DNA of 56,244 nucleotides from NCBI RefSeq assembly GCF_006345805.1, contig NW_021833727.1, forward strand, positions 1 to 56,244, read 5' to 3'. A program made the position numbers and the translations under genes. This document shows positions 25,998 to 37,656 of the stretch, in pieces; positions within the stretch are counted from its first letter, which is position 1, and every line of letters begins with the position of its first letter. Below the pieces are notes generated by a model. The model searched no databases, was not told where the DNA came from, and saw only the letters and a list, made by a program, of their open reading frames with translations. The DNA comes from Octopus sinensis (taxonomy: Eukaryota).

Positions 25998-28900
25998 TCA
26001 TTTATATTTATGGAAATCTACAAAGGTCTCCCCTACGTATTTAGTGCTTTTACTCATCGTTTGATCTTCAATATTCTCTCTCAATATTGCAGTTAACTTC
26101 ATTATTGATGCTGTTGTTATGCATCGAACAATCACTCACTCCCCTCCTTCCATCCATTATTCCATCCATCCATCCGTCTATCCATCCATCCATACGTTTA
26201 TTCGCAATGCACACCTTTCCTCGCAGACTTCCCGGGTTTAGGTTTCTCAGGTGTCTTCTTAATAGTATCCTCATAGTAGCAAAAGATATTACACTTTCCT
26301 GCTGGATTCCAAACCGAGAAAAACTTAGGCTATGGATTTTATCAAGCAATCTCGGACTTGGTCAAACCATTGTTGACCATCATCATCATCATCACCATCA
26401 TCATCACCATCATCATCATCATCATCATTTTTATTATTATTATTATGTGGTGGTGACCCCCTTCGGTCAGACACTGACCATGGGTTTGCACCTAGAGAGT
26501 TTGCACCTAGAGGCACAAGTTTTATGGAAGACCAGCGGTCGCCCATGCATACCGGCCTCCCCTCTCCACGCCACCAGTGTTATCTAAGGGAAAGGCAAAG
26601 GGGCCGATACAGCTTGGCACCAGTGACGTCGCAACTCATTTCTACAGCTGAGTGAACTGGAGCTACGTGAAATAAAGTGTCTTGCTCAAGAACACAACAC
26701 GCAGCCCGGTCCGGGATTCGAGCTCACAACCTCACGATCGTAAGCTCGACGTTCTAACCACTGAGCCACGCGCCTTCACTCGAGCCTATTATTATTATCA
26801 TTATTATATTCATTAGTATCTTCTTTCAATTCTGTTTCCATTTTTTTGCCGAGTGTCCTCCTGACACCTAGGGCAGAGAAACCTGCTGTATGTATTGGTA
26901 CATTATGGTACGTTATTATTATTATTATTAGTGCTATTATTATATTATTATTATTATAAGGCGGCCGAGCTGGCAGAGTCTTTAGTACGCCAGATCAAAC
27001 ACTAAGCGTTATTTCGCCCATCGGTACGTTCTAAGTTCAAATTCTGCCGACGTCGTATTTGTCTTTCATCCATTCCTGATCGATTTGAAATTTAGTAACC
27101 CTTGATTTTGAAGTCACCCCATTTGGCAGTATGCTTCAATGAATTAAAGCCAGGCTTGTAATCTTTCCTGACAGTTTTCTATTTATAGCTCCAATCCCAA
27201 TGTTTTGACTAGACCTCGAACTCTCCATATAGTCTTTCACAATAATTATAATCACAAAAGCTATTTTCAAATATGTCCAATAACCTAAGGGCAGTTGCTT
27301 CATCCAGTTTTACGCAACCACTTATTGTAAAGTGTTCTGAACCTTCTCTTCCAAAAACAACTTACATTTCATACCATGGTTAAAGGATCTGATAATATTT
27401 GCAAATTTATCGGAGTAGTCAAATGTTCAAATAATTGTGCATAATTCATGACGATTCACTGACTCAAATCGTTATTGAGATCAATGAAAGCAGCAATAGT
27501 GATCAATAATCTTCTCTTTGAATTCTTCGTGTTTTTTTTTTTAATCGGTAGCCGTGTCATTGTTTTCACGTCTAATGCGAAAATCTGATAAAGAATCGGG
27601 AAGAACACCGCAATGTGTTGAATGAGCTTATCGCGTATAATTTTATACTCTCTCTATAACACCAGAGTGTGTGTGTGTATGTATGTGTGTGTGTGTGAAA
27701 GAGAGATGGGGAGACACAGAGAGATAAATAGAAATACCTTTAGGCTTACCGCATAAGCCTTTCTTAACTTTTAAATTAGACGCCATCTCACAATGCGTCT
27801 CTTTTTATTTGCAGTAATATATAATTTTTCTACAGAGTGTATATGACATTGTACAGCAATCTAACTTCCTTTCTCTAACTTATTTGTTCTTTTCTCCCCT
27901 AAATAGAATCGATCCCAAGGGTTTTTGTATTTTTATATGCAGGCAAAGCAGCTTTTCCTTGAAAGAAGCTGGGTCTTCATGAATGCCTTTTATAGAGATT
28001 TTCTAAACGAGTCCTTGAAAAAATTGATCAATACATGACGAGCAATTTCGCAGATCACTGCAATATTCTTGCTACCGTTGAATGATTTTCTTTGATATCT
28101 TATTAAGGGATTTCCCAACCTTGGCCCTAATGGGAGCAGAAGAAACTGAAAGAAGATCATAAACTTCATTTATAAGAGAGAGAAATCCCTTAATAATATT
28201 TTTTCTCGTGTTCATTCTGACGATCACACGCACATTCAATTCGCTATTTAACTTCCACGCTTTTGATTTCCTTCTTTAAATTAACAACTATATTTGGGGT
28301 CAATAATTTTTATTTTGACGAAGCTGTTTACGTAGGTCTCTTTGCACGCATAAAAAAACCTTTTGTATATGCTTATTATTCTTTTCACACTAGTCATTCC
28401 CTTTGTATTTTTAACCCCACTGCTTGATTTGAAATTTTGTAACCCTTGAATTTGAAGTCATCCCATTTGGCAGTATGCTTCACTGAATTAAAGCCAGGCT
28501 TGTAATCTTCCCTGACAGATTTTTCGATTAGCTTTACACCAATAAAACTTTTTAGGCGTTGAAAATTCTGCTTTCTAATTTCAGACCTTACTTTGAACCT
28601 CGGTTTAGTTCGTGCAAGATTATGATCCGTGTCAAATACTGCGCCTCTTAAAACTCGGACCTCGCTCACTTCATTTCAATCTTTCCTTCTATTTAACATA
28701 TAATCAATCATGTGCGATTTCTTGGAGCCTGAATGCATCCGATTCCTTTGTGAACCTCATTAAGTTCAAAGAACATGTTACAATACAATTGAATACTCTG
28801 CACATTCTTAACAAAAGTAAAGCGTTTCAGTTTGACTTCGAACGTTTCCATTGTGTAATGGCTTAAAAGGTAAATATTTCATAACATTTGCCAACTCGTG

Positions 28901-29549
28901 TTTTGAAGTCTACAAGAATTATTACTTTAGTTCCAAAAATAATTTTCCATTTAATAAATTTAGTTGTTCATAAAACACATATTTGCCGCAAAGAAACGTC
29001 GCAGTTGAATGTGCTACACTAGTATGTGAAACCATATCTGATATGTGGCACTTGGTCAACAAGGGATTTCGATGCCGCTGCCCGCATTTGCGTTTCCTGC
29101 CAAGAGGTAGGTTCATCTGGAAACCCTGACAAGAAGCTCCAGTTTAGTTTTAAAGAAACCCACAACCACACCATGCAGGTCTCTCAGGCATTTAGGATGA
29201 TGATCATCATCATCATCATCCTCAACCTCCTCCTCCTCCTTCTCTTCCTCATCATCATCAACATTTTTGTTGTTATTATTATTTAACAACTTTGATAAGA
29301 AAAACTGTTAAAGGAAGGAAATTATATTTCTTCTATCTTCTATTTCCGTTTTTTTTTTCGCTTTTTTTTCTTTCTGCTATTTGTTTTTATTTTATTTTCA
29401 TTTTTCTTTATAATTATTTTACCGTTGAAATCTTTTGTTTCTTTCCTTCTATACTGATTTCCATTTAAACGAGGAGAACACAACATAAGACCGCTCAGAA
29501 TACACACACACACATAAATGCACACATACATCTATCATTTATATATGTG

Positions 29550-29601
<52 letters not shown>

Positions 29602-29649
29602 GTGTATGCACATATATATATGTATATATATATATACATGATGCATATA

Positions 29650-29688
<39 letters not shown>

Positions 29689-30608
29689 GTATATGTATAT
29701 ATATACATATGTACATATATTATTAATACATATACTATATATATATATATATACATATACATATACATATATACATTATATATATACATATACACACATA
29801 TATATATATATATATACATATATACATATATATATACATATACATTATATATACATATACATATATATATATACATATACATATACATATATATATATAT
29901 GTATATATATATATACATATATATATATACATATACATACATATACATATATATATATATGTACATACATATATATATATAATGTGTATATATATATATA
30001 AATCATTCAATATATAAATTCATTATATAAAGAAGAAAGGAAAAAAAAACTCGAACGAAAAGAGGATAGCAATCAAAACATACAAGTAAATACAACAGTT
30101 GCATCAGTCCTATACTTAGAGCAGATGGAGTCTTAACGGCATCTGGTTCAAGGGATAATTTTATTGCCAACAGATAAAAGTCAAATCAAATTAGTCTTAG
30201 CAAGTCGAAAATTCTAACTTCTTACGTATTATGATTTCACCTTTTGAACTAGATGCTGAGGAAAATCGATGTATTTAGCTGCCATATCTCCAAATAGTTG
30301 CAGTGTCTGTGTCAATTCTCTGCTAAAATTTAAGATTCCATTGCATCTCTTATTGCAATAATATAATAGTGTTTAGCTGTCTGCAGACTGCGTAGAGGGA
30401 AAAACACTCTATATCCTGCTGCCGAAATAGGCACACAGTCTCGCATTCACACATTGATACATACAAAGGAAAACCTTCTTATCGTTAGGAGTTCAAGTTC
30501 AGGATGACTGGAGCCAATAGCAAAAGCCATACCAATATTTCTCTCAGATTAACAGGAGGTTTGTTATGTTCATCTCCATGCAAATGTTTATATTGGAGAT
30601 ATTGCATT
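25998..30608 (-). CDS. Candidate 5-exon gene for an unidentified ~147 aa protein or C-terminus (exons 30533-30608, 30241-30380, 29423-29453, 26215-26298, 25998-26110)
   Basis: GT-AG sites with compatible phases give [41 protein letters not shown][L][105 protein letters not shown]. One extra base is needed at 30332-30333. No homologue recognised. Confidence 0.35.
26447..26779 (-). mobile_element. tRNA-derived SINE family D with a CORE-like domain, full length
   Basis: Head gtgaaggcgcgtggctcagtggttaga..gctcgaatccc; central ttgagcaagacactttatttcacgtagctccagttcactcagctg; (AAT)n tail. Confidence 0.9.
26955..27080 (+). mobile_element. SINE family B, 5' part
   Basis: taaggcggccgagctggcaga...gttcaaattctgccg. 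Confidence 0.6.
27220..28670 (-). mobile_element. Degenerate RTE-clade LINE ORF (endonuclease end to RT), interrupted by microsatellite
   Basis: [23 protein letters not shown] (APE SDH-like motif) at ~28600-28670 and [28 protein letters not shown] (RT domain) at ~27380-27500. Confidence 0.75.
29000..29180 (-). mobile_element. CR1-like LINE 3' terminus
   Basis: Minus translation [25 protein letters not shown]; same family type as 1-640. Confidence 0.6.
29520..30000. repeat. (TA)n/(TATACA)n low-complexity tract
   Basis: Seen directly. Confidence 0.95.
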
Positions 30609-30949
30609 CTAAGTGTATGAGTGTGTCTATATTTGCGTATACGTCGGAGCCCCAATGTTTATGTGTGTTACGGTGAATAACTGCCGGTTGATATCTGGAT
30701 GTATCTGTATGTTTCTAAGTGTGTATTTGTATCTGACTGTACAATCTATTTGGAAGAAAAAAGCGTGTGTTAGCTTTGCTTCAGTTTGTATGCACTTATA
30801 AATAGTCGAAGTTGATGTTATATCTCCAAACAAATTTAAATATTTTCTCCGATGCAGATATAACCAAAACTAAAAACTACTCAAATTAATCCACACTATA
30901 CGTCCACCGAGACACAAAACATGAATAGTAACCACATTGCTGACCTCTC

Positions 30950-31190
30950 ACTGCCCGGTTCGAATGGTGTTTTTCTTATCATGTGACCAGACTATCAGAT
31001 GCTGTCATAGATCACCGGCCACAATGCGCTCTTCATTGTGTCAGCATTTGAATGATGTCACCCTCCAAGCGGGCTAGCATTTTGCTTGTGGGGAACGCTA
31101 TTTCGTCGGCAGGTAACACAGCTGAGTGGACAGGGGCAACGTGAAATGACGGGTTTTGCTCGGGACTAAAAGGGGGCACATTTTTTTTTA
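30950..31190 (-). mobile_element. Diverged SINE with a D-like core and a C-like 3' tail
   Basis: Minus strand ttcacgttgcccctgtccactcagctg (D core) is followed by gagcgcattgtggcc..catctgatagtctggtcacatg (C tail). Confidence 0.6.
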
Positions 31191-31521
31191 AACCTGACGT
31201 TTATTCTCTTCATCTCTTATTCGCCGAGCAGCTGAGGTACGACGACATGAACACACTAACACCGGTTGTCAAGCAGTAACGTGGGACAAAGGCACAAAGA
31301 CACGCGCACACACAAACACACACACACACACACCTACACACACAAACACACACACACAAACAAACACACATACAATCGATCCTGTGATTTGTCTGCATAT
31401 ATGCATGAATGCATACATACATTGTTTTGCTTATCTACATTCGAATTATGGAATCCAGATCGTTTTTCAGAGGAAGAATTTAAATAACTAAAAAAGAAAA
31501 GAGAAACATATATATATATAT

Positions 31522-31578
<57 letters not shown>

Positions 31579-31867
31579 CGTGCGTATGAGTGTGTGTGGG
31601 TTAAGTATTTATATTTCTATATATTTACACATATCTATGTTTAATTATACTATTATATTTACATGCATATATGATCATCTGTATTCCTCACGAATTGTAT
31701 CGCGATTTTGAGCGTGAGAGCATATCAACAAAAATACACATAGTTAGAAAGCATTAAGGACTAAATAGTTTTCAAGGGAGTGCACAAACTAGGCCGCAGC
31801 AACGCGACGAAATTCAATAAAAACTCAAGTGCCCTTTTACAATAAACATACATCATAAAATTAACAG

Positions 31868-32496
31868 TCCACGATGAAGTACTCTTATTCATATCGTGAG
31901 CACATATGGGTTATCACCAAAGGAAAGGTTGGATGCACTATAGAGACATGTAAGTTTATTTCTGTATCGAGTGAAAAACGTTATTTTTATCAGATGAATT
32001 TCTAACGAGATACAAAAATTGTTTAATCTAGTGAATCCTGCTGACGGTGAGTTAGCACCTGTTTTAAAAACGCTTTTTCATTTCTTTATGATGTTGTTAA
32101 TTGTGCAGCAAAAAATATTTTTAGATTTATTTCAGTTGGATGATAGATTCATAAATACAAACTCTCACACACACACTCACACACTCACACACACACACAG
32201 ACATATATATACATAAATATATATATGTATTTACATTCATATATATGTGTGTATATATATATATATATATAAATATGTAAATGCATATATCCACACACAC
32301 ACACATATATATATACTTTTACATACAAACGCACATATATCTATAATACCTGTATGAGTGTAGGTATGTATATATATTTGTAAAGATGGATGTTAGTCTC
32401 TGAGTAAAGAAGATATATACACTATTCGTGAGAAAAAATTATACCAATTTCTCTTCACTGGAAAAAAAAAATTTACACTAGTTTATCTGCTTACAT

Positions 32497-32529
<33 letters not shown>

Positions 32530-33375
32530 TACATACATAATACATACACATACACACATACATACATACATACATACATACATACATACATACATACATA
32601 CATACATGCATACATGCATACATACATGCATACATGCATACATACATGCATACATACATATCCATGCGTGCACACGCACCCGCAAACACGCACGCCCTCT
32701 CTCTCTCTCTCTCTCTATCTATCTCTATATATGTCTATCTATCTCCGAGACATCAGACTAGGCAATGATGCGTCGCTCACACACCATTTTCGCTCTGCCT
32801 TGTCGTTCAGTATCCTGGTACATCATACTCTGGTCCAACCCGTGACAGCATGGACAAGAGACGTTAAATGATGATGATGATAATGATGAAGATGGTGATA
32901 GTATAATCCGAATAGTAATTATAGAAATGCATATTTGCCCAATATGCTGAGCAATGGAATTGAAATTGCGCTTTGGCACGACTGCCAAGCAATGGTTAAG
33001 CCGTACTGCACGTAAAAAAGAATATACCACTGTAAGAGATAGACTACTAATATACCAATTTTAATCGCGTATGTTTATTAATGGTGGATACAAATTATAC
33101 GGAAATGAATGTAAAGAGAAATGGCAGGAATCTAATGTTATGTTGGTTTTTCGATTTGTTCTTCTTTTTTAATACAAGTTTTCAATCACGAGTATTGCAT
33201 ATTGATTCTACATATCAAATGTATGTGCATATATACATATACACTTATACATACTTATATACATGAATATACACACCTATATATATGAATATAAATATAT
33301 ACATATATATGCACACATATATGAATATATAAATTTATATATATATATATAGATATATATGATATATATATATAG

Positions 33376-33406
<31 letters not shown>

Positions 33407-33912
33407 AATATATATATATATAATATATATAAAGGTAGATACAATAAATATATAAAGATATATATAACTTATTATATATATATAATAATATATATATATA
33501 TTATATATATATATATATAATATATACATAAATACACACAAACATAGACACACACAACAAACCCCCCCCCACACATATATGAAGTACGTATGTAACACAC
33601 ACATAGGCATTAAACAGCGGATACGAATAGAATTATAGAAATAGGTTTAGATTAAATGAATTTCAATGAAGACAATTCGAAATCGCAAATTATTAATATC
33701 GTATTGCACGGTTATAAAAAGCAATCATGCCCGGCAGACAAAATATATTACAACGTCTGCTATTGTGAGTGGTTGGAATGAAAATATAAAGATTCACTCG
33801 AAAATGAGACTGCACCGGCATTTTAATCGCTTGTTGAAGTAATTTCCTTCCATTCAAGACGTATGACGTATTCCAATGTCGCTGTAGATACACATTCACA
33901 TAAGAATAGAGA
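31868..33912 (+). CDS. Candidate exons of an unidentified plus-strand gene (31868-31949, 31994-32046, 33179-33220, 33672-33764, 33859-33912)
   Basis: Several strong sites (T/gtaagt, tttttatcag/, G/gtgagt, tttttaatacaag/, T/gtgagt). Reads [30 protein letters not shown][S][28 protein letters not shown]. Needs homopolymer corrections and a 44-nt intron. Confidence 0.3.
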
Positions 33913-34084
33913 GTAAATAATGTTGGCGACGTATGTATATATGCGCGTGTATATAAGTATATATATATATACGTTACTAAAATGAGTGGGGGTGCAAAGC
34001 CTATAAATTTGCCTTTAGGTGGTGGTTAAATTGCTAATAAACCACAAATAATATATATTATATATATTATATATATATATATGT

Positions 34085-34300
34085 TAATCCAAACAAGAAA
34101 ACACAGAAAAAAAAGAGAAAAAAACACCAGCAACGCAGGACGTGGAACAATTAAAATATTATTGACGCTCAGGAAAGAAGGGAAGGAGGGGTTTAACGTT
34201 TCGAGCGAGCTCTTTCGTCAGAAACAAGGAGAAGGAAAGATCCCAAGAAGGGAAGACAGAGGAAAAAAAATTTGAGCGGTGGTGCTCAAGAGATCACATG
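34085..34300 (-). mobile_element. Penelope-like terminal repeat fragment
   Basis: Homologous to 11030-11324 and 25605-25790. Confidence 0.55.
34191..34225 (-). ncRNA. Minimal type I hammerhead-like motif
   Basis: GUUU-CUGACGA-AA-GAGC(UC)GCUC-GAAAC-GUU-AAAC: stem I GUUU/AAAC, intact cores and a loopless palindromic stem III ACGU. It has two extra As and a 2-nt loop II. Confidence 0.5.
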
Positions 34301-34308
34301 TGAAAGAC

Positions 34309-34346
<38 letters not shown>

Positions 34347-34459
34347 TATAGAGACAAAAACCACTATTTTGCAAAACAAACAAGGAAAGATTATCAATAC
34401 ATAAATTTTAATAAATAGAATTTTAATATATATTATATATTATATATATATATACATAT

Positions 34460-34690
34460 ATAAGGTTGGAGGAATTTGAATTAGAATCGATGCCCCATCC
34501 ACCATATTTGCCAGACATTACACGATCTGATTATCATTTGTTCCGCAGTCTTCAAAACCATTTGGATGGAAAATTATGAATTCTGTAGACTTGGTGCGAA
34601 CAGAACTGGAGGAGTATATTTCCGTCACGGACAAGTCTATCCTCGAAGAGGAGCCTTGAAAGTGTACAGGATAGATGGAAAAAGCCCTGT
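34460..34690 (+). pseudogene. Mariner transposase C-terminal fragment
   Basis: LEEFELESMPHPPYLPDITRSDYHLFRSLQNHLDGK. Confidence 0.75.
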
Positions 34691-34869
34691 ATATATGAAA
34701 AAAACAAATTTGATTATCTTAATGTTGAAAAATTAGAGAAGTATGAAAAAACGCATTATTTATGGGATGACCCAATATACATATCTGTGTGTGTATGGGT
34801 GTGTATGTATGTATGTGCATCTGTGTGTATGTGTGCATGTGTATGCGTGTGTGTATGTGTGTGTATGGG

Positions 34870-35010
34870 GACCGGCATGTCAAAAATGTCCTATGCCACA
34901 CGTAAAATGCGACTACAAGAGATTGACGAAGTATTTGAACTCCGTTCTCATATCCTGACCAATAACGATTACCCAAAACAGTTCTCGCCTGATGCGTGCA
35001 AAGGTGTCAT
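34870..35010 (+). mobile_element. Possible Penelope-type RT C-terminal linker fragment
   Basis: QEIDEVFELRSHILTNNDYPKQF resembles the EL..l..il..NgYP..F linker that precedes the GIY-YIG domain. Confidence 0.35.
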
Positions 35011-35080
35011 CCGCCAGGATTAGGCAGTCAGAAACACATGCCGAATGCAGCAACGCGCTGTTATAACGCATGCACCCCCA

Positions 35081-35120
<40 letters not shown>

Positions 35121-35757
35121 GTATGTGTGTATATAAGAATATATTTAGCATCTATGCTTCAACAATGAATCAAGAGTTGATGATTACCTAACAAAGCACT
35201 TGGCAATTGTTTGACAAACACTTTAGTATCGAAAACCTCACACTCTATATATTGTTTTTTTTTTATGTACAAGGAATATATTTACATTCAAACAAGTGAT
35301 GTTAAAATTTTGACTGTGTTTGATCGTTTCAGCTAGGAGTTATGATGATGTATGGGCTTTATATTTTCTTGAGAAAACTGCAATTTGTTTCTAAAGGCAA
35401 TTAACGTTTGGAAACATAATTTTACGTCTCAAATGTCATCGTATTTCTAAAAATATATTTCTAAAAGTGATGGTGTATATTTATTTTGCGATGTATGTAT
35501 ATGTATATATGTATACGTGTTTGTGTGTATGAGCTAGATTGTAAATATGTTTGTACACGAATGAACATGAGTAAATTGGAAGGGAAAAAATGCAGAACAT
35601 TGAGAGATATTATATTTTGGCGAAAACTCCAGAAAATGTTTGGCTGTACATAACTTATTGTATCCGCCCATCAGGTTATAGAAGTGGCATTGCTAGCAAT
35701 TGTACTTTTATGATGCGAAAGAGGAAATATATTTAGTCTCGTGTGTTTGTTATACAG

Positions 35758-36154
35758 GGTGATCAAAAAGTATCTATGCAGATATGCTTGGAAAAGTTTC
35801 ACTGAACTTGTGTCTCACAGTATCTCTGAGTTTCTATTATTGAAGTGGGTAGGGTCCCTGAAGCATATATTATTAGTATCTCGCGGATTAAAGTGGGATC
35901 CTGGTGCATAATTCATATTAAGACACCTCGTTTTTGCGTCTATTGCAAGAGGCAATTATGGATCCCAATTTACGCGTCGTAGAGTAACAGATTTTAATCA
36001 AGCATTTATTCAGGATGGAATAGTATTTATGGTGTGGCGGAAAATTAGACTTAAGCCTTTGAAAAATTGCGTGGGTAAAGATTTAACTTGGAGAGTTGTG
36101 GCGGAAAATCATAAGATTACCCGTTTCCCGTCCTCGGAAGACTTAAAACGTGGA
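35758..36154 (+). CDS. Candidate exons 35758-35844 and 35923-36154, or one exon with a single in-frame TAA
   Basis: About 155 codons in one frame with one stop (GCA TAA TTC). Reads VIKKYLCRYAWKSFTELVSHSISEFLLL-K-HLVFASIARGNYGSQFTRRRVTDFNQAFIQDGIVFMVWRKIRLKPLKNCVGKDLTWRVVAENHKITRFPSSEDLKRG/gtaaga. Confidence 0.35.
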
Positions 36155-37176
36155 GTAAGAATGGTCAGACTATCCTGAGTGACTTTAGCATTTTGAACCA
36201 CTCAGGCTGCCGGAATATTGGCAAATGTTATGGTTTGCGGCACCATTTGTTTTGTTCAGGTTAAATGCTTATTCAAGATTGAAGATCAAATGTTTTGTTC
36301 GAATAAACAACACGCCGTCCGGTCCGGAGAATCGAAATTACAATCCGTAAATCTCAATCACTATGTCGCAATCGTGATTGGGACACATTAAACTATGACA
36401 TATATATATATATGTTCCATTTGCTAAAGGGTTTGCAAGGCACCAACAGACACCGAGGACATATTCCTGTCCATAGAACATGATTAACGCTTTATTTTAC
36501 TGAAGTCTCATTTGTCGTTCACGATAAGAGAACACATCACACACCCACACATACGCACACATATGTGTGTATATGTGTGTGTGTGTGTATGTGTGTGTAT
36601 GTTTGTGTGTGTGTGTGACGCGTGTGAGAGAGAGGGAGAGAGAAGGAGAGAGAGAACTGTAGTTTCCCTTTGAAGGATTTAGTGGATCGCATATTTAATT
36701 TATTTTATGGAAATGAACCTCAGAATTTGAAGAAATTCTAATTAGCGCTTGATTGATAGTGAATGCTAGGGAGATTTCTCATCTGTCCTTATTCAAACTG
36801 TGACTTCAACGCATCGCAAATAAAGGCTGAAAATAATTTTTGTCCTTTGTGTATTTTTGTGTATATGCAAGTTTGTAAAATTCTGAGTATCCATTCTTTT
36901 CAATTGTATATCCGAGACATACAGCCTCCATAAATATTGAGTTTTTTTCTTAATTTGAAAAAATTTGTTCAAGCACCTCTCTTATCACGACACACACACA
37001 CACACGTACCCATCTGCAGATATAAGAAAGGGTATGTCTTCCTAGCTGTATCTAACAGTTTCCCACCCATGGTGACATACGCATGCAGCTATAGTACACA
37101 TACGTATAGTACACATCTAAGTATATGTACGCGAAGGTATGCTTATGCATGCATGTATGTAGGCATAACTATCATC

Positions 37177-37216
<40 letters not shown>

Positions 37217-37223
37217 TATATAA

Positions 37224-37255
<32 letters not shown>

Positions 37256-37399
37256 ATGTGAGTGAGTGCGTGTGTGTTTTACAAGTATATGTATGTGAAA
37301 GTCTCTCTCCCATTCTGTCTGGGTCTCTCTCTATATATTTGTATCTAGATAGCTATCTTTCTACTTAACTAAGTATGTGTCCGTATGTGTGTGAATCTA

Positions 37400-37478
<79 letters not shown>

Positions 37479-37656
37479 TATAAACTACACATACATACAT
37501 ACACAACATATATATATATATATATATATCTGTTTGTGTGTGTATGTGTGGTGTGTATGAATTATAATTACATCAGCTAAATGAATTGCAAAAGGAAAGA
37601 GGGCAATATATTTTAGTAATTTGTATTGTAAGCTGTTTTAATATGATTCATTTCAG

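Noticed and set aside
26087-26587. 166 aa plus-strand ORF with poly-His
   Set aside because: Built from (TCCA)n, (CAT)n and the reverse strand of SINE D; the unique part fits better as a minus-strand exon.
35751-35780. tacagggtgatcaaaaagt resembling a Tc1/mariner TIR start
   Set aside because: No matching inverted partner found; it could equally be the acceptor of the candidate exon at 35758.
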